This document shows positions 18,531 to 29,638 of a stretch of DNA of 64,000 nucleotides, one piece after another. Position 1 is the first letter of the stretch. Each line of letters begins with the position of its first letter. The position numbers and the translations under genes were made by a program. The notes beneath the pieces were generated by a model. The model worked only from the letters and a program-made list of their open reading frames with translations, was not told the DNA's origin and did no database searches. The stretch lies in the sequence record SRR9188677_124; one strand, 5' to 3'.

Positions 18531-20579
18531 TTATTTAAGTTTACGCAGATAGTGGTCCTGTCCTTTTTCCATTAAGTTTTTCATAGTGGTGTCCGTTCCA
18601 AGACGTAAGTCGCCGGGCAATGGCTTAATTCTGCTGGTGTCATTTACGATGCTCCTATCATAAAAAAGGTAATCGGCTTCCTTCGGAATCGGACGGAGGC
18701 CTTGTTCGAAAGGATTAATAGAAATGAGTTTCCGCGTCAATTTCTTTCCATATAACGGATATTCAAAATCGCTGTTAAATGTAGCTAAGGCAACCGTTGC
18801 ATTTTCTGGTACAATGGAATCAAAGCGTTCGTAAGCCCTCGTAACGTCGGGTCGTGCAAAGGTTTGATATTTGATCCGCTCCATCGTCAAAGCCGATGGG
18901 TTTCCAAATGCTGGCAAAGGCAGGCAACGAATGTTGAGATAAACGGACATCACAGCCGAAATACAAGCTGTAACTACTATAAGCGAAACGTACCCTTTCC
19001 ACAATCTTCGTCTCGGTTTGATGATCGATAACCTGTGGTGCGAGAAGAGAAGTAACAAAAAGAGAACTCCAAACAGACCCGTTTCTATAAAATAACGACC
19101 TTTAAAAGGATCGTAAACGGCCGAATAGGAGATTGCCATGAAATGAAGCACAAAGGCCAGTGCCAAAAACCAGTGAACTCTCGACCAGATTACCCGGAAC
19201 AGCACCAGTAATATGATGGGGAGAATTAAGGCAAATCCCAAAACGCCCCAGTAAGGATTGGCATTGTAATAATCAAACCGGCGTTGAAACACAAAAGGAA
19301 CTATGGCATATGTCGTTTCTTCGTCCAAACGCATGTGAAGCTTATCTTCCAGAAACACAAGAGGCTTTCTGATTTGCGTGTTTATGTCATAACCCCACTG
19401 TGCATTTCGTAATCCGTCCAGATTAAAAAACTCATAGGCGTAGCGGACAACGTTCCGGCTTCCCTGTTCCAGTAAATTGGAAACCGGCCCGAATCTTTCA
19501 ACAGATTGGTGTTTCAATGCAGTAGGCGGACCAATAGGATGCCCAAAAACCTGAATGTTTTTGATATATCCTGTGGGTAAAGTGTAAATCAGAACGGCAA
19601 GAACAATCGTAATTCCAAGCTTCAGAAATCTTGCAAAAAACACTTTAAAACTAGGTGCAAGAAACACCGTATAAAGCATCATTACGAATACCGATGGTAA
19701 AAGCAGTGCAAATGTAACTTTATGGCCCAAGGCAATTCCGAATACCATGCCTGACAGGTATAAGTACTTGTTATCCCTTGTGTTATAATAAGTGAAGAGG
19801 AAGTAAAGAAGGCAGCTGAGGTAAGCGGTTAAAACGATATCCGTTTCAGTGGTGACCGCCTGCATAAGGAAATCGAGAAACATACCGTAACACAACGCGC
19901 AAAATATACTGGCTGAAATATTGCGTCCAATTCGCTGAGCAATCCCAAAAACGGATATTAGTGTTATATAATAGGACAGATGATGAATAAACTTGAAAGC
20001 ATTTTCGATCCTCCCACTGATCAGGTAGCAATAAATCTGAATGGTTGTCGGGCTTTTTGGATAGGTGTCCATGTTCCAGTTAGTGCCACCAAAGTGTTCC
20101 ATTGTCCCGCGCTGAATGTATCTTACGGCACGATTCAAATGGCCTGTCATGCTGTCCCATTCATTGGGAACAGTAAATAGTACCAATATCAAATTCGTAA
20201 TGCACACCACAAACATAGTCGCGAACATTACAACAAAGATAAATTTCAGATTTGGTGATAATTCCCTCGTCCACAGCCGAAAGGTTGTTACCCTGTTCTT
20301 CATCATGGCCCTGACGGAGTATTCAGGTTGTTTCGGCACGATCAACCTCCACAAAAAGTAGTGAAGGCCGATTGTGATAAAGTTTCCTAAAATCCAGGAA
20401 AATGTGCTTGCCGTCAGATTAAGCGCTGACAGTACAAAACCAGTAGGAATGACACTTCCTACAAAAAGGATGAATGAAGTTATGATCCATTCTGAAAGCG
20501 AAGGTTGAGCGATTTTCTTAGATACGAAGCCAACGCTGCAAATAAACAGTATGAAAGAGAGCCAGTAAAGGATAACCAT
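18531..20579 (-). CDS. GT-C fold (ArnT/PMT-like) polytopic membrane glycosyltransferase
   Basis: Many TM segments; periplasmic PNEWDSMTGHL...YP, ETD, a conserved K after GIALGH, and RYF motifs. Confidence 0.7.
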   Translation of the reverse strand: MVILYWLSFILFICSVGFVSKKIAQPSLSEWIITSFILFVGSVIPTGFVLSALNLTASTFSWILGNFITIGLHYFLWRLIVPKQPEYSVRAMMKNRVTTFRLWTRELSPNLKFIFVVMFATMFVVCITNLILVLFTVPNEWDSMTGHLNRAVRYIQRGTMEHFGGTNWNMDTYPKSPTTIQIYCYLISGRIENAFKFIHHLSYYITLISVFGIAQRIGRNISASIFCALCYGMFLDFLMQAVTTETDIVLTAYLSCLLYFLFTYYNTRDNKYLYLSGMVFGIALGHKVTFALLLPSVFVMMLYTVFLAPSFKVFFARFLKLGITIVLAVLIYTLPTGYIKNIQVFGHPIGPPTALKHQSVERFGPVSNLLEQGSRNVVRYAYEFFNLDGLRNAQWGYDINTQIRKPLVFLEDKLHMRLDEETTYAIVPFVFQRRFDYYNANPYWGVLGFALILPIILLVLFRVIWSRVHWFLALAFVLHFMAISYSAVYDPFKGRYFIETGLFGVLFLLLLFSHHRLSIIKPRRRLWKGYVSLIVVTACISAVMSVYLNIRCLPLPAFGNPSALTMERIKYQTFARPDVTRAYERFDSIVPENATVALATFNSDFEYPLYGKKLTRKLISINPFEQGLRPIPKEADYLFYDRSIVNDTSRIKPLPGDLRLGTDTTMKNLMEKGQDHYLRKLK

Positions 20580-20583
20580 AATG

Positions 20584-21666
20584 CTATGGTGTTAATTGAC
20601 CGTTTATGATGGCTGAAATTCGTTCGATGTCAGCAAGAGGAAGTCCTACATACAACGGCAAACACAATACTCTGAGCGACATGTTCTCGGAGACAGGGCA
20701 TGGTATGTACCTGGGCATGAAGGCAAGCGTATTCAGCGAAGGGTAGAAATACCTTCGGGGGATGATGTCTTCAACCCTCAATGCTTCCATTACATCTTGC
20801 AAAATCTCCTCAGAAGGGAGCACAATGGGATAGTAAGCGTAGTTGTATTCAATATCTTCACTTCTTGACGGCTTTTCGAGAACATTCCAGTTCAGTAAAC
20901 TGTCGTATGCATCGAATACCTCTTTACGGGCTGCAATGATGCTGTCGACATGAGGTAGATTACATAACCCCATAGCTGCATGAAATTCGGAATTTTTTCC
21001 GTTGATTCCCGCAAACTGGTAAGATTCGTCGCCTCTGTGTCCGAACGCACGAAGAAGGCTTAATTTGTTGTCCAACTCCGGATGATTCGAGATAAGCGCT
21101 CCTCCTTCGATGGTATGGAAAACTTTGGTTGCATGAAAGCTGCATGTACTCAAATCACCGTAAGACAGCAAGGACCTGTTTTTGTACTTCACGCCAAAGG
21201 CATGGGCAGCATCGTAAACTACTTTCAGGTTATGTTTTACGGCAATTCGCTCGATTTCTTCCACGTCACAAGGATTACCATACACATGGGTAACCAGGAT
21301 CGCAGTTGTTTCGGGTGTAATCGCTTCTTCAATTAAAGCCGGATTGACATTGAATGTATTTGCATCTATATCAACGAAAACAGGAACGCAATTCTCCCAC
21401 AAAATGGCATTGGATGTTGCGCAATAGGAAAATGGGGTTGTGATAACCTCACCGGTTATTTCAAGTGCTTTAATAGCAATCTGAAGTACGATGGTACCAT
21501 TTCCACAAAAATAAAGATGATCAACCTGAAGATATTCTTTCAGTTCCGATTCAAGTTGTTGTAATAATGGACCGTTATTGGTAAGATACCCGCGGTCCCA
21601 AATTTCACGAACATATTGAAGGTATTTTTCCTGATCAGGTAAAAAGGTCTTAGTGACGTTAATCAT
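20584..21666 (-). CDS. DegT/DnrJ/EryC1/StrS aminotransferase, VioA-like (dTDP-4-amino-4,6-dideoxyglucose synthesis)
   Basis: LTNNGP, YDAAHAFG, SFHATKVFHTIEGG (PLP Lys), GINGK and RRYFYP motifs. Confidence 0.9.
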   Translation of the reverse strand: MINVTKTFLPDQEKYLQYVREIWDRGYLTNNGPLLQQLESELKEYLQVDHLYFCGNGTIVLQIAIKALEITGEVITTPFSYCATSNAILWENCVPVFVDIDANTFNVNPALIEEAITPETTAILVTHVYGNPCDVEEIERIAVKHNLKVVYDAAHAFGVKYKNRSLLSYGDLSTCSFHATKVFHTIEGGALISNHPELDNKLSLLRAFGHRGDESYQFAGINGKNSEFHAAMGLCNLPHVDSIIAARKEVFDAYDSLLNWNVLEKPSRSEDIEYNYAYYPIVLPSEEILQDVMEALRVEDIIPRRYFYPSLNTLAFMPRYIPCPVSENMSLRVLCLPLYVGLPLADIERISAIINGQLTP

Positions 21667-22918
21667 TCACTACGTATTCAGTTTGGCGAATTGGAAAATT
21701 AAGTTGAGGACGAATGTAGCCGGGCCATTTACCGTACCAGGTAACATTTTCTCTAAAATCCTCTATATCAAAGACTAATGCTTCTTCCATGTTGTAAAGC
21801 ACTGTACTTGTGTCTTTTACAATCATCATGGAAACAACATATGAGCCGTCATTTAAAAAATTGCCCGGAATTTCACATGTGCCGGTCACAAGCCCTTTAG
21901 AAAAAGATTCTACCTGGGTTCCGACATTGAAAATGCACTCTCCGGTAAATGTGTAAAAGTGCATACTTAAATTCAAATTCGCACCTTCAACCATATTCCA
22001 GAATTCAAACTGGAAGTTCATCGGAGTCCTGACGTCAATATGAGTAAGGTTATCCTGATACTCCGGAAGAAGACGGAAGCTTTTTACACGTACCTCATCA
22101 TTTCCAGGTGCTTGTTCTATATTATCCCAATGTTTTTCGAGCGATTTGTGAGATACCTTACTCAAATAATTGGTAACAATATGGGTTGTCTCACCCTGAT
22201 CTATGAGGCGTCCTCTTTCAAAATAGAATGCTCTGTTACAAAGAGCCTGTATGGCTGTAAGATTATGACTTACAAAAATCAAAGTCCGTCCGCTTTCAGA
22301 AACATCACGCATTTTACCCAGACATTTCTTCTGAAATTCTGTATCTCCAACCGCAAGTACTTCATCGACAATAAGAATTTCCGGATTCAAATGCGCAGCG
22401 ATAGCAAATCCTAGTCTCACGTACATTCCTGAAGAATAACGCTTAACAGGAGTGTCAAGGAATTTCTCAACACCGGCAAAATCTACGATGGCGTCAAAAG
22501 ATTGTTTGATCTCACTTTTGGACATTCCCAGAATGGCTCCGTTCAGAAATACGTTTTCACGACCGGTTAGTTCGGGATGAAAGCCAGTACCAACTTCAAG
22601 CAAACTGGCAATTCTACCTTGGATTTTGATTTGTCCGGTGGAGGGTTCTGTAATACGGCTTAGAATTTTCAGGAGGGTCGATTTTCCTGCACCGTTATGG
22701 CCTACAATACCGATTCTGTCTCCTTGATCAATTGAAAAATTAATGTCCTTTAAAGCCCAGAACTCCTCTTTCTCAGCAAAGTCTGCAGATCTCTTTTTAC
22801 TCGAAAACAGGCTATCTACCTTCTCGGTGACAATGTCTCGAAGGCTGGGAGAACCACCTTTTCTCTGGTGATCGATTATATATTTTTTACTGATATTTTC
22901 AGCTACAATTACAGACAT
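21659..22918 (-). CDS. wzt: polysaccharide ABC transporter ATP-binding subunit with C-terminal Wzt_C domain
   Basis: Walker A GHNGAGKST, YSSGM, IVDEVLAVGD and VSH; ~170-aa C-terminal extension. Confidence 0.93.
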   Translation of the reverse strand: MSVIVAENISKKYIIDHQRKGGSPSLRDIVTEKVDSLFSSKKRSADFAEKEEFWALKDINFSIDQGDRIGIVGHNGAGKSTLLKILSRITEPSTGQIKIQGRIASLLEVGTGFHPELTGRENVFLNGAILGMSKSEIKQSFDAIVDFAGVEKFLDTPVKRYSSGMYVRLGFAIAAHLNPEILIVDEVLAVGDTEFQKKCLGKMRDVSESGRTLIFVSHNLTAIQALCNRAFYFERGRLIDQGETTHIVTNYLSKVSHKSLEKHWDNIEQAPGNDEVRVKSFRLLPEYQDNLTHIDVRTPMNFQFEFWNMVEGANLNLSMHFYTFTGECIFNVGTQVESFSKGLVTGTCEIPGNFLNDGSYVVSMMIVKDTSTVLYNMEEALVFDIEDFRENVTWYGKWPGYIRPQLNFPIRQTEYVVND

Positions 22919-22935
22919 TTACAAAAATAGCTATT

Positions 22936-23763
22936 TCAGATATGATCAACGAATGTATTTTCCTTTTTACGGAAATAAAACACTGATAATATTAAGATTA
23001 AAAAAGAGATTATAGCGGTCGGATACAAGCTTTGTGGATCAAAATAAGCGTTGTCTCCTAAAAGGCACCAACGGAACCCGTCGATAATACCGACAATTGG
23101 ATTCAACTTATAATACGGCTCGAACCATTTGCCATCTACCAACCTGCTGGTGTAGCCAACGGGACAAACATAGACTCCCACCTGAACCAGAAATGGAATA
23201 AGCTGCCCGATATCTCTGAACCGCACATTTAATACAGCAAAGAACAATCCAAAGCCAAGTGATATAGCAAATGTTAGAATAACAAAGAAAGGCAGATAGA
23301 TAATATTCCAGCTCATCGAATAACCAGTGATCAGGATGTAGAGCAAAAAGATCCCGAAGGTTATCAAAAAGTCGACGAATCCTACCGCCACTGAACTGAG
23401 GGGCATTAGTAATCTTGGAAAATAGACTTTCGAAACAAGATTGGAATTAATTAAAATACTATTGCTGACTTGCGTAAATGTGTTTGAGAAAAAGGTCCAG
23501 ATCGTCAGTCCGGAAAGTACGGTTAATGGATAAGGTATGCCAGGATCTCCCGGAAGCTTTGCAACGAGGCTATATACAAAAACCATCACACCCATTGTCA
23601 TGACTGGCCTTAATACACTCCAGGCAACCCCTAATAAAGTTTGTTTGTATCTAACGGAAATGTCTCGCTTGGAAAGAATCCACAGTAATTGCCGGTTGAG
23701 CCACAGTTCTTTCCAGTAATCTTTTTCAGACCGTCCGGCCTTAATCGTAATAGTATGTTGCAT
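22936..23763 (-). CDS. wzm: polysaccharide ABC transporter permease
   Basis: RDISVRYKQTLLG, KVYFPR, FRD and NP motifs; 6 TM segments. Confidence 0.93.
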   Translation of the reverse strand: MQHTITIKAGRSEKDYWKELWLNRQLLWILSKRDISVRYKQTLLGVAWSVLRPVMTMGVMVFVYSLVAKLPGDPGIPYPLTVLSGLTIWTFFSNTFTQVSNSILINSNLVSKVYFPRLLMPLSSVAVGFVDFLITFGIFLLYILITGYSMSWNIIYLPFFVILTFAISLGFGLFFAVLNVRFRDIGQLIPFLVQVGVYVCPVGYTSRLVDGKWFEPYYKLNPIVGIIDGFRWCLLGDNAYFDPQSLYPTAIISFLILILSVFYFRKKENTFVDHI

Positions 23764-23768
23764 AATGC

Positions 23769-24848
23769 TTATCTAGCCGTAGCTACAATCTTAGGAGCAG
23801 GGGTAAGTATGGTTCGTAGATATATAAAAACAAGTGCGACTAGCAAGCCGGCCAGAACACCAATTTTTGCTCTTTTTTTATCTTCCTTAACCGAATCCAA
23901 AGGAACTTTTATCCCTTCGATTTCAGTAAACAGGGGCGCCTCTCTTACAAGGGATACCCGCATTTTTTCTGCATTTCCCATTGCCTCATAATATAGCTGC
24001 TGAAGAAAGTTAGATTTTCTTGTTAAGCTGTTAGCTGTCACCTTAGCATCTGAAACGACTATCTGTGTACTATAATCCAGTTCCTTGGCAAGGCTATGTT
24101 CTGATTTTCCTAGAACCCGGGCAAGAGAATCAGCACGCTGCACCAGCAATTTTAAGGTTTTTCTCGTCTTTTGTGTTTGACTTTCTGTGTACATGGATTC
24201 CACGGTTGACAGCAACGTTGTTACCCATAGTCCCGCCAGCGTTGCATTTTCCATGGTGGTGGAAAGCTGCGTAAAAGAAGATTTTCTTTCAAGTGGACCG
24301 ATTTCTGTCGATTTTACGGCCTTTCCTACCAATTCGTTCAATATTATCCTTGACTGAATTGGCAGAGAATCCACATTTGTTTGCGTGAAACGGAAGTTGT
24401 GTAAATCAGGTCTCTCTTCCCATTCCTTCTGCTTGATCCCACTGGAATCAATAAAGAAATTTGCAAGAATTTCCTTTTTTCCATGAATAGTGACCTCCTT
24501 CATCAAATTCCTTTCCATAACAGGTCTTGACGTCACGAAATAGAAGAAATTTTCTCCGGTAAAAATATTGGCGTCCGGAGCCGAACCCAGTCCAAGAAGG
24601 CCAGCCATTTCACCCAGACCAGATCCCTGGCTTCCGCCGCCAAGGTTGAAGACCACCTCTGCCTCATACATGGTAGGTGTTTTCAAATAGCCGTCAAGTG
24701 CATAGCCAATACCGAAACCTATCAATGGCAGAATCAATAATGCAATCCAATTCCTGGCCAGTGCATTTTTTATTTCAAGTACTTTATCAATGACTTCCCT
24801 CGGACTAAGCTGGTCTTCGGGGATTTGTTGCGTTGTAGTATTAGACAT
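23769..24848 (-). CDS. polysaccharide co-polymerase (Wzz/KpsE-like, no kinase domain)
   Basis: Two TM helices flank a periplasmic region with a coiled-coil. It lies between the SLBB exporter and wzm. Confidence 0.75.
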   Translation of the reverse strand: MSNTTTQQIPEDQLSPREVIDKVLEIKNALARNWIALLILPLIGFGIGYALDGYLKTPTMYEAEVVFNLGGGSQGSGLGEMAGLLGLGSAPDANIFTGENFFYFVTSRPVMERNLMKEVTIHGKKEILANFFIDSSGIKQKEWEERPDLHNFRFTQTNVDSLPIQSRIILNELVGKAVKSTEIGPLERKSSFTQLSTTMENATLAGLWVTTLLSTVESMYTESQTQKTRKTLKLLVQRADSLARVLGKSEHSLAKELDYSTQIVVSDAKVTANSLTRKSNFLQQLYYEAMGNAEKMRVSLVREAPLFTEIEGIKVPLDSVKEDKKRAKIGVLAGLLVALVFIYLRTILTPAPKIVATAR

Positions 24849-24852
24849 TGTA

Positions 24853-27393
24853 TTAGTTAATTGATCGGAAAGCCAGAATTGTTATGATCAGTGTCATCAC
24901 TGAGCCCAATAAAGTAGTAGCAGTTGAAATTGTTTGCTGAGGTGAAAGACTCGGCGCGCCTCTTGAAGGAACAATTATTTCAGACCCTGGCTCTACTCTT
25001 GGGAAAACATTGAAGAAAAGAAATCTTCTTGTTCTGTCGACGTTGCCGTTAGGATACTTGATATAAGAGCTCTTTCTCAGCGAAGCTGATGTAAAGCCAC
25101 CAGACTGCGAAATGTAATCGCTAAAATTCATTCCTTTGCCATATTTTACCGTGGTAGGATATAGTACCTGGCCTGTTACCTGCACGGTTTCCAATCTTTT
25201 CGGAATACGAATAATATCTCCTTCCTGAATAATCAAGTCTTCGAAAGAACCCGGATTTCGAAGTATTTCTTTCAATTTAATTCCGATTGATTCTTCCTTT
25301 ACGTTGGGTGCATCAGCAATGATAGCTCCCCGTTGCAGGCTTTTTTCAACGGCTTGATCGGCCAATACGTCGGTCGGTTGGTCAGGGCTACTTGTTAGGG
25401 ACCTTCTTAAAAGAGTAGCTCCTTCCGGATATGCCAGCTCTGTTAACCCACCCGCTCTTTTGATGATATCACTTATTTTATCGTTTTTATTAACGATGCT
25501 ATAAGTACCAGTTACCAATACTTCACCTTCTATAAAAACGGATTGCTGTTCAACATAGTTAGGAGATTTCCGAACAATTACCTGGTCGAAAGGAAGCAAT
25601 ACGAAATTACTGCCTTTGTTATTCAGAGAAAGATCACGGTTAATGTCAAACTTATAAATTTCTGAAATTTGTGCGTTGGCAGCTCCGGCTACACTGTTCC
25701 TTTTGCGACGAACAACCTCAATACCCGTTGTGTAAGCCGATTCCTTTAAGCCACCCGCTTGAATAAGCAGATCTTCCAGCGTCATATTGGAGGTATAGGC
25801 AAATTTCCCTTCGTTTTCACCGATCTTCTTGTTGTTGACTTCGCCTTCTATACTTACCGTTGCAGCTTCGGCCATTTCAAATTTGGAAGGTATTACAACC
25901 ACATCGAGGCGTGTAAGCATCAAGTCAGGAACTACATTGTTAATTACATCCGTATAATTGAATGGAATGCTTTCAATTGTTAGGTCTTCTCTTGTTCTCA
26001 ATACACTGATACGGCCGACAAAAGCATCTTCCCGGAGTCCTGAGGCATTCTCAATGAGTTTTTTTAGTGAAGGGCTGTTATCAAGTGAATAATCGCCAGG
26101 CCTCATAACCGCGCCGGAGATAGAAACAATGTTTTGAACCCGGTCAAGAACTGTAGCAACCGTTGCCACGTCACCACTGGTCATTTCAAACGTTTTAAAC
26201 TGATCCTCGGGAACGTCAACTATTTTTCTTTCGATTGAAGTTATTCTGTCTATTTTTATTCTGGCACGAAAAGCCTGATCGTCAAATCCACCTGCATAAT
26301 TGATAGCGTCCTGAAGTTTTTCTTCCGGCAGAAGCTCAAAAATTCCTGGTCTTTTTACGTTTCCGGTTAGTTCAACACGTTTATTGTAATAGCCTACAAC
26401 AATATTGTCGTTATCCTGAACCCGAATATCTCCATCGATTTTCCCATTGGTCAGATAGTCGTATATATCAAGATGCGAGATTACCTTCTGGTTTCGAACC
26501 ACTTTAACATCACGGAAAGAACCAATTTCATTAGGGCCTCCGGCCAGATACAATGCATTGAAAGCAGAAGCAAGCGAGGACAATTCATAAGCGCCGGGAT
26601 TGATGGCTTCCCCAGTTACAAACACCTTTACACTGCGTATGTCGGCAAGCGACACAGTCAATTTAGTTCTGGCGGATTCCCCTCCTGAACCAATAAGTCC
26701 GACGTAGAATCTCGAAAACTTGTCAATTAGGATTTTTCGTATTTCTTCAATTGTCTTTCCGCTGACATAGACGTTCCCTATTCTTGGTATCGTGATAAAA
26801 CCATCGCTGTTAACGGGAATTCCTTCGAACGTAGCCTCCGCGTAATTGTATAAGTAGATATTCAGTACATCTCTCGGACCTACAACATAATTTGTTGGCG
26901 TAGCAATCTGGAAATCAGGTATTGTATTCAGGTTTTTATCTGCGAAAATAGAGTAACCGTAAATCTTGTTCCTAAGTAAGACCTTAGCCTCTTCTTCCGG
27001 ACTTAATGTCTTGGTAGTTGACTCATTTATCTTACTCTGTCCATTCGGATCATTATTTGCAGCATCGGTCTGAGATGCATCCGTTGCCCCTGTTTTTCCG
27101 CCCTTCTGCTGTGCGTCAGTCGCTGGATTATTGCCTTTTTGCTGTGAAGTCGAATTGCCATTCTGAGTATTTCCCGGCTGGTTACCAGTAGTATTACCGC
27201 GGGTATTTGTTGGTGCAGTACCATTTGGAGTTCCTGCTTGGGGTAATCCTTGTGGTGTTCCGGTAGATGTAGGAGCCGAAGATGGCGCTCCAATGGGAGC
27301 GGTGACCTGTGAAACTGCCGGTAGTGAAAGGACAAAACTTAGTAAATAGGATAGTAGGAGTATATAATTTTTATTCAGTTTGGGTGTGTTCAT
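24853..27393 (-). CDS. SLBB-domain polysaccharide export protein (KpsD/Wza-like)
   Basis: Poly_export motif YVVGPRD and repeated GEV/GxY...AGG SLBB units. Signal peptide followed by a low-complexity linker. Confidence 0.9.
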   Translation of the reverse strand: MNTPKLNKNYILLLSYLLSFVLSLPAVSQVTAPIGAPSSAPTSTGTPQGLPQAGTPNGTAPTNTRGNTTGNQPGNTQNGNSTSQQKGNNPATDAQQKGGKTGATDASQTDAANNDPNGQSKINESTTKTLSPEEEAKVLLRNKIYGYSIFADKNLNTIPDFQIATPTNYVVGPRDVLNIYLYNYAEATFEGIPVNSDGFITIPRIGNVYVSGKTIEEIRKILIDKFSRFYVGLIGSGGESARTKLTVSLADIRSVKVFVTGEAINPGAYELSSLASAFNALYLAGGPNEIGSFRDVKVVRNQKVISHLDIYDYLTNGKIDGDIRVQDNDNIVVGYYNKRVELTGNVKRPGIFELLPEEKLQDAINYAGGFDDQAFRARIKIDRITSIERKIVDVPEDQFKTFEMTSGDVATVATVLDRVQNIVSISGAVMRPGDYSLDNSPSLKKLIENASGLREDAFVGRISVLRTREDLTIESIPFNYTDVINNVVPDLMLTRLDVVVIPSKFEMAEAATVSIEGEVNNKKIGENEGKFAYTSNMTLEDLLIQAGGLKESAYTTGIEVVRRKRNSVAGAANAQISEIYKFDINRDLSLNNKGSNFVLLPFDQVIVRKSPNYVEQQSVFIEGEVLVTGTYSIVNKNDKISDIIKRAGGLTELAYPEGATLLRRSLTSSPDQPTDVLADQAVEKSLQRGAIIADAPNVKEESIGIKLKEILRNPGSFEDLIIQEGDIIRIPKRLETVQVTGQVLYPTTVKYGKGMNFSDYISQSGGFTSASLRKSSYIKYPNGNVDRTRRFLFFNVFPRVEPGSEIIVPSRGAPSLSPQQTISTATTLLGSVMTLIITILAFRSIN

Positions 27394-27574
27394 AAGAAGT
27401 ATTATTGTGCTACGAAATGCTTACAATTCAAGGTGACTAACTTTTGACTTAGTAAATTTGAATTCTTGATAGGAAAAATTGAATATTTGATTTTTCATAT
27501 CCTGCAAAGTAAATTAGATTTTTCCTATTTTTAAAGAATTTCTAGTATTCGGCAAGAATATGGTACTGCGGGGG

Positions 27575-27608
27575 CAAAGTTACAATAGCCTAACGATAAA
27601 AGGTCAAA
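27575..27608 (-). promoter_or_regulatory. candidate -33/-7 promoter of the polysaccharide locus
   Basis: Minus strand TTTG (27608-27605), 22 nt, then TAACTTTG (27582-27575). The spacing is slightly longer than typical. Confidence 0.5.
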
Positions 27609-27664
27609 ATTATTAAAATACAATATTTAAAATCTATTTCCCTTTCGCGGGATAAGAATATATT

Positions 27665-29539
27665 ATGGAGAATACCACTAGCGTACAATACGATGAAGAT
27701 AGTATAAAGTCACTGGACTGGAAGGAACATATCAGGTTGCGTCCGGGGATGTACATTGGGAAATTGGGCGACGGATCTTCGATTGATGACGGTATATACG
27801 TGCTGGTGAAGGAAATAGTCGACAATTCCATCGACGAGCACATGATGGGAAACGGGAAGACTATCGAAATAAAGATTTCGGAACATCGGGTCGAAGTCAG
27901 GGATTATGGACGGGGAATTCCCCTTGGAAAGGTGGTTGACTGTGTATCTAAAATAAATACCGGCGGGAAATATGATTCTGGTGCTTTCCAAAAATCAGTA
28001 GGTCTTAACGGAGTTGGTACCAAAGCGGTAAATGCACTTTCAAATTATTTTAAAGTTCAGTCGTACCGCGAAGGAAAATCGAAAACTGCGGAATTTCAGC
28101 AAGGAGTACTGCTCACGGAGTCTGGGGAGGATCAGACAAATCAGCGGAATGGGACACATATGGTGTTTGAACCAGACGGATTGATCTTTAAGAATTTCCG
28201 ATACATTCCACAGTATCTTAATAACATGATCTGGAATTATTGTTATTTGAATGCAGGATTAACAATCAATTTCAACGGACAAAAATATATTTCCCACAAT
28301 GGATTGCTGGATTTGCTACAGAGTAAATCCGATGCTGAGGCGATCAGATATCCGATTATTTACCTGAAAGGGGAGGATATTGAGTTTGCAATGACTCACG
28401 GTAATCAATATGGGGAGGAATATTATTCGTTTGTTAACGGGCAATATACCACACAGGGTGGGACGCATTTAACTGCTTTTCGTGAAGCAGTTGTTAAAGC
28501 TGTCCGCGAACACTTCGGAAAAGATTATGCACCGGAAGACATCCGTTCTTCGATCATTGCAGCAGTTGCAATCCGAGTTCAGGAACCCGTTTTTGAGTCC
28601 CAAACCAAAACCAAGCTAGGATCCAATACCGTTACGCCGGATCCTAATAGTGCGACGATCCGTACCTTTGTAAATGATTTTGTTAAAGAAAGGCTCGACA
28701 ATTATCTGCACATGCATCCGGAATCTCGTGATGCCATAAAAAAGCGGATTGAACAATCGGAAAGAGAACGTAAGGAGTTGGCCGGTATAAAGAAACTTGC
28801 TAATGACCGTGCGAAAAAGGCCAATTTGCATAACAAAAAGTTGAGGGATTGCCGGCTTCATCTTACCGATATCAAAAACGACCTTCGTTATGAAACAACG
28901 TTATTTATCACGGAAGGAGATTCGGCAAGCGGATCCATTACCAAATCCAGAAACATACAAACTCAGGCCGTCTTTAGTTTGAGGGGAAAACCTTTAAACT
29001 GTTTTGGCCTGAATAAAAAGATTGTATACGAAAACGAAGAATTCAACCTGCTTCAACATGCGCTGGATATCGAGAATGGAGTGGAAAACTTACGGTTCAA
29101 CCGCATCGTGATTGCTACGGATGCAGATGTGGACGGCATGCACATACGATTGCTACTAATGACTTTTTTCCTGCAATTTTTTCCTGATCTGGTACGTAAC
29201 GGACATTTATATGTGCTGGAAACACCCCTTTTCCGCGTACGGAATAAAAAGGAAACACTCTATTGTTACAATCAGGACGAAAAACAGGCTGCTATTGATA
29301 AGCTGGGAAGCAAGCCGGAGATCACGCGTTTCAAAGGTTTAGGTGAAATTTCTCCGGATGAGTTTGGGAAGTTCATCGGAGAAGATATGCATTTGGAGCC
29401 CGTAATCTTGCAAAAGGAGACTTCGATACAAAAGTTGCTCACTTATTTCATGGGTAAAAATACGCCTGAACGACAAAGATTTATCATTGATAATCTGAAA
29501 GTAGAGAAAAATATTGAGGAACTTGCGCTTACGGTTTAA
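27665..29539 (+). CDS. parE: DNA topoisomerase IV subunit B
   Basis: [49 protein letters not shown] and RFKGLGE motifs; 624-aa Bacteroidota ParE type. Confidence 0.9.
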   Translation: MENTTSVQYDEDSIKSLDWKEHIRLRPGMYIGKLGDGSSIDDGIYVLVKEIVDNSIDEHMMGNGKTIEIKISEHRVEVRDYGRGIPLGKVVDCVSKINTGGKYDSGAFQKSVGLNGVGTKAVNALSNYFKVQSYREGKSKTAEFQQGVLLTESGEDQTNQRNGTHMVFEPDGLIFKNFRYIPQYLNNMIWNYCYLNAGLTINFNGQKYISHNGLLDLLQSKSDAEAIRYPIIYLKGEDIEFAMTHGNQYGEEYYSFVNGQYTTQGGTHLTAFREAVVKAVREHFGKDYAPEDIRSSIIAAVAIRVQEPVFESQTKTKLGSNTVTPDPNSATIRTFVNDFVKERLDNYLHMHPESRDAIKKRIEQSERERKELAGIKKLANDRAKKANLHNKKLRDCRLHLTDIKNDLRYETTLFITEGDSASGSITKSRNIQTQAVFSLRGKPLNCFGLNKKIVYENEEFNLLQHALDIENGVENLRFNRIVIATDADVDGMHIRLLLMTFFLQFFPDLVRNGHLYVLETPLFRVRNKKETLYCYNQDEKQAAIDKLGSKPEITRFKGLGEISPDEFGKFIGEDMHLEPVILQKETSIQKLLTYFMGKNTPERQRFIIDNLKVEKNIEELALTV

Positions 29540-29638
29540 GGCTGAGCTGGCATAATGAACAGTATGTTGTCATATCCGAAAACCAATATTTTGTTATGAA
29601 ATTCTCCTTGGAAATTATTCATTTTACATTGTCGATTA

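Noticed and set aside
27665-29539. parE without adjacent parC, or a possible gyrB call
   Set aside because: Separated parE/parC is unremarkable in this group, and the length and sequence style fit ParE.
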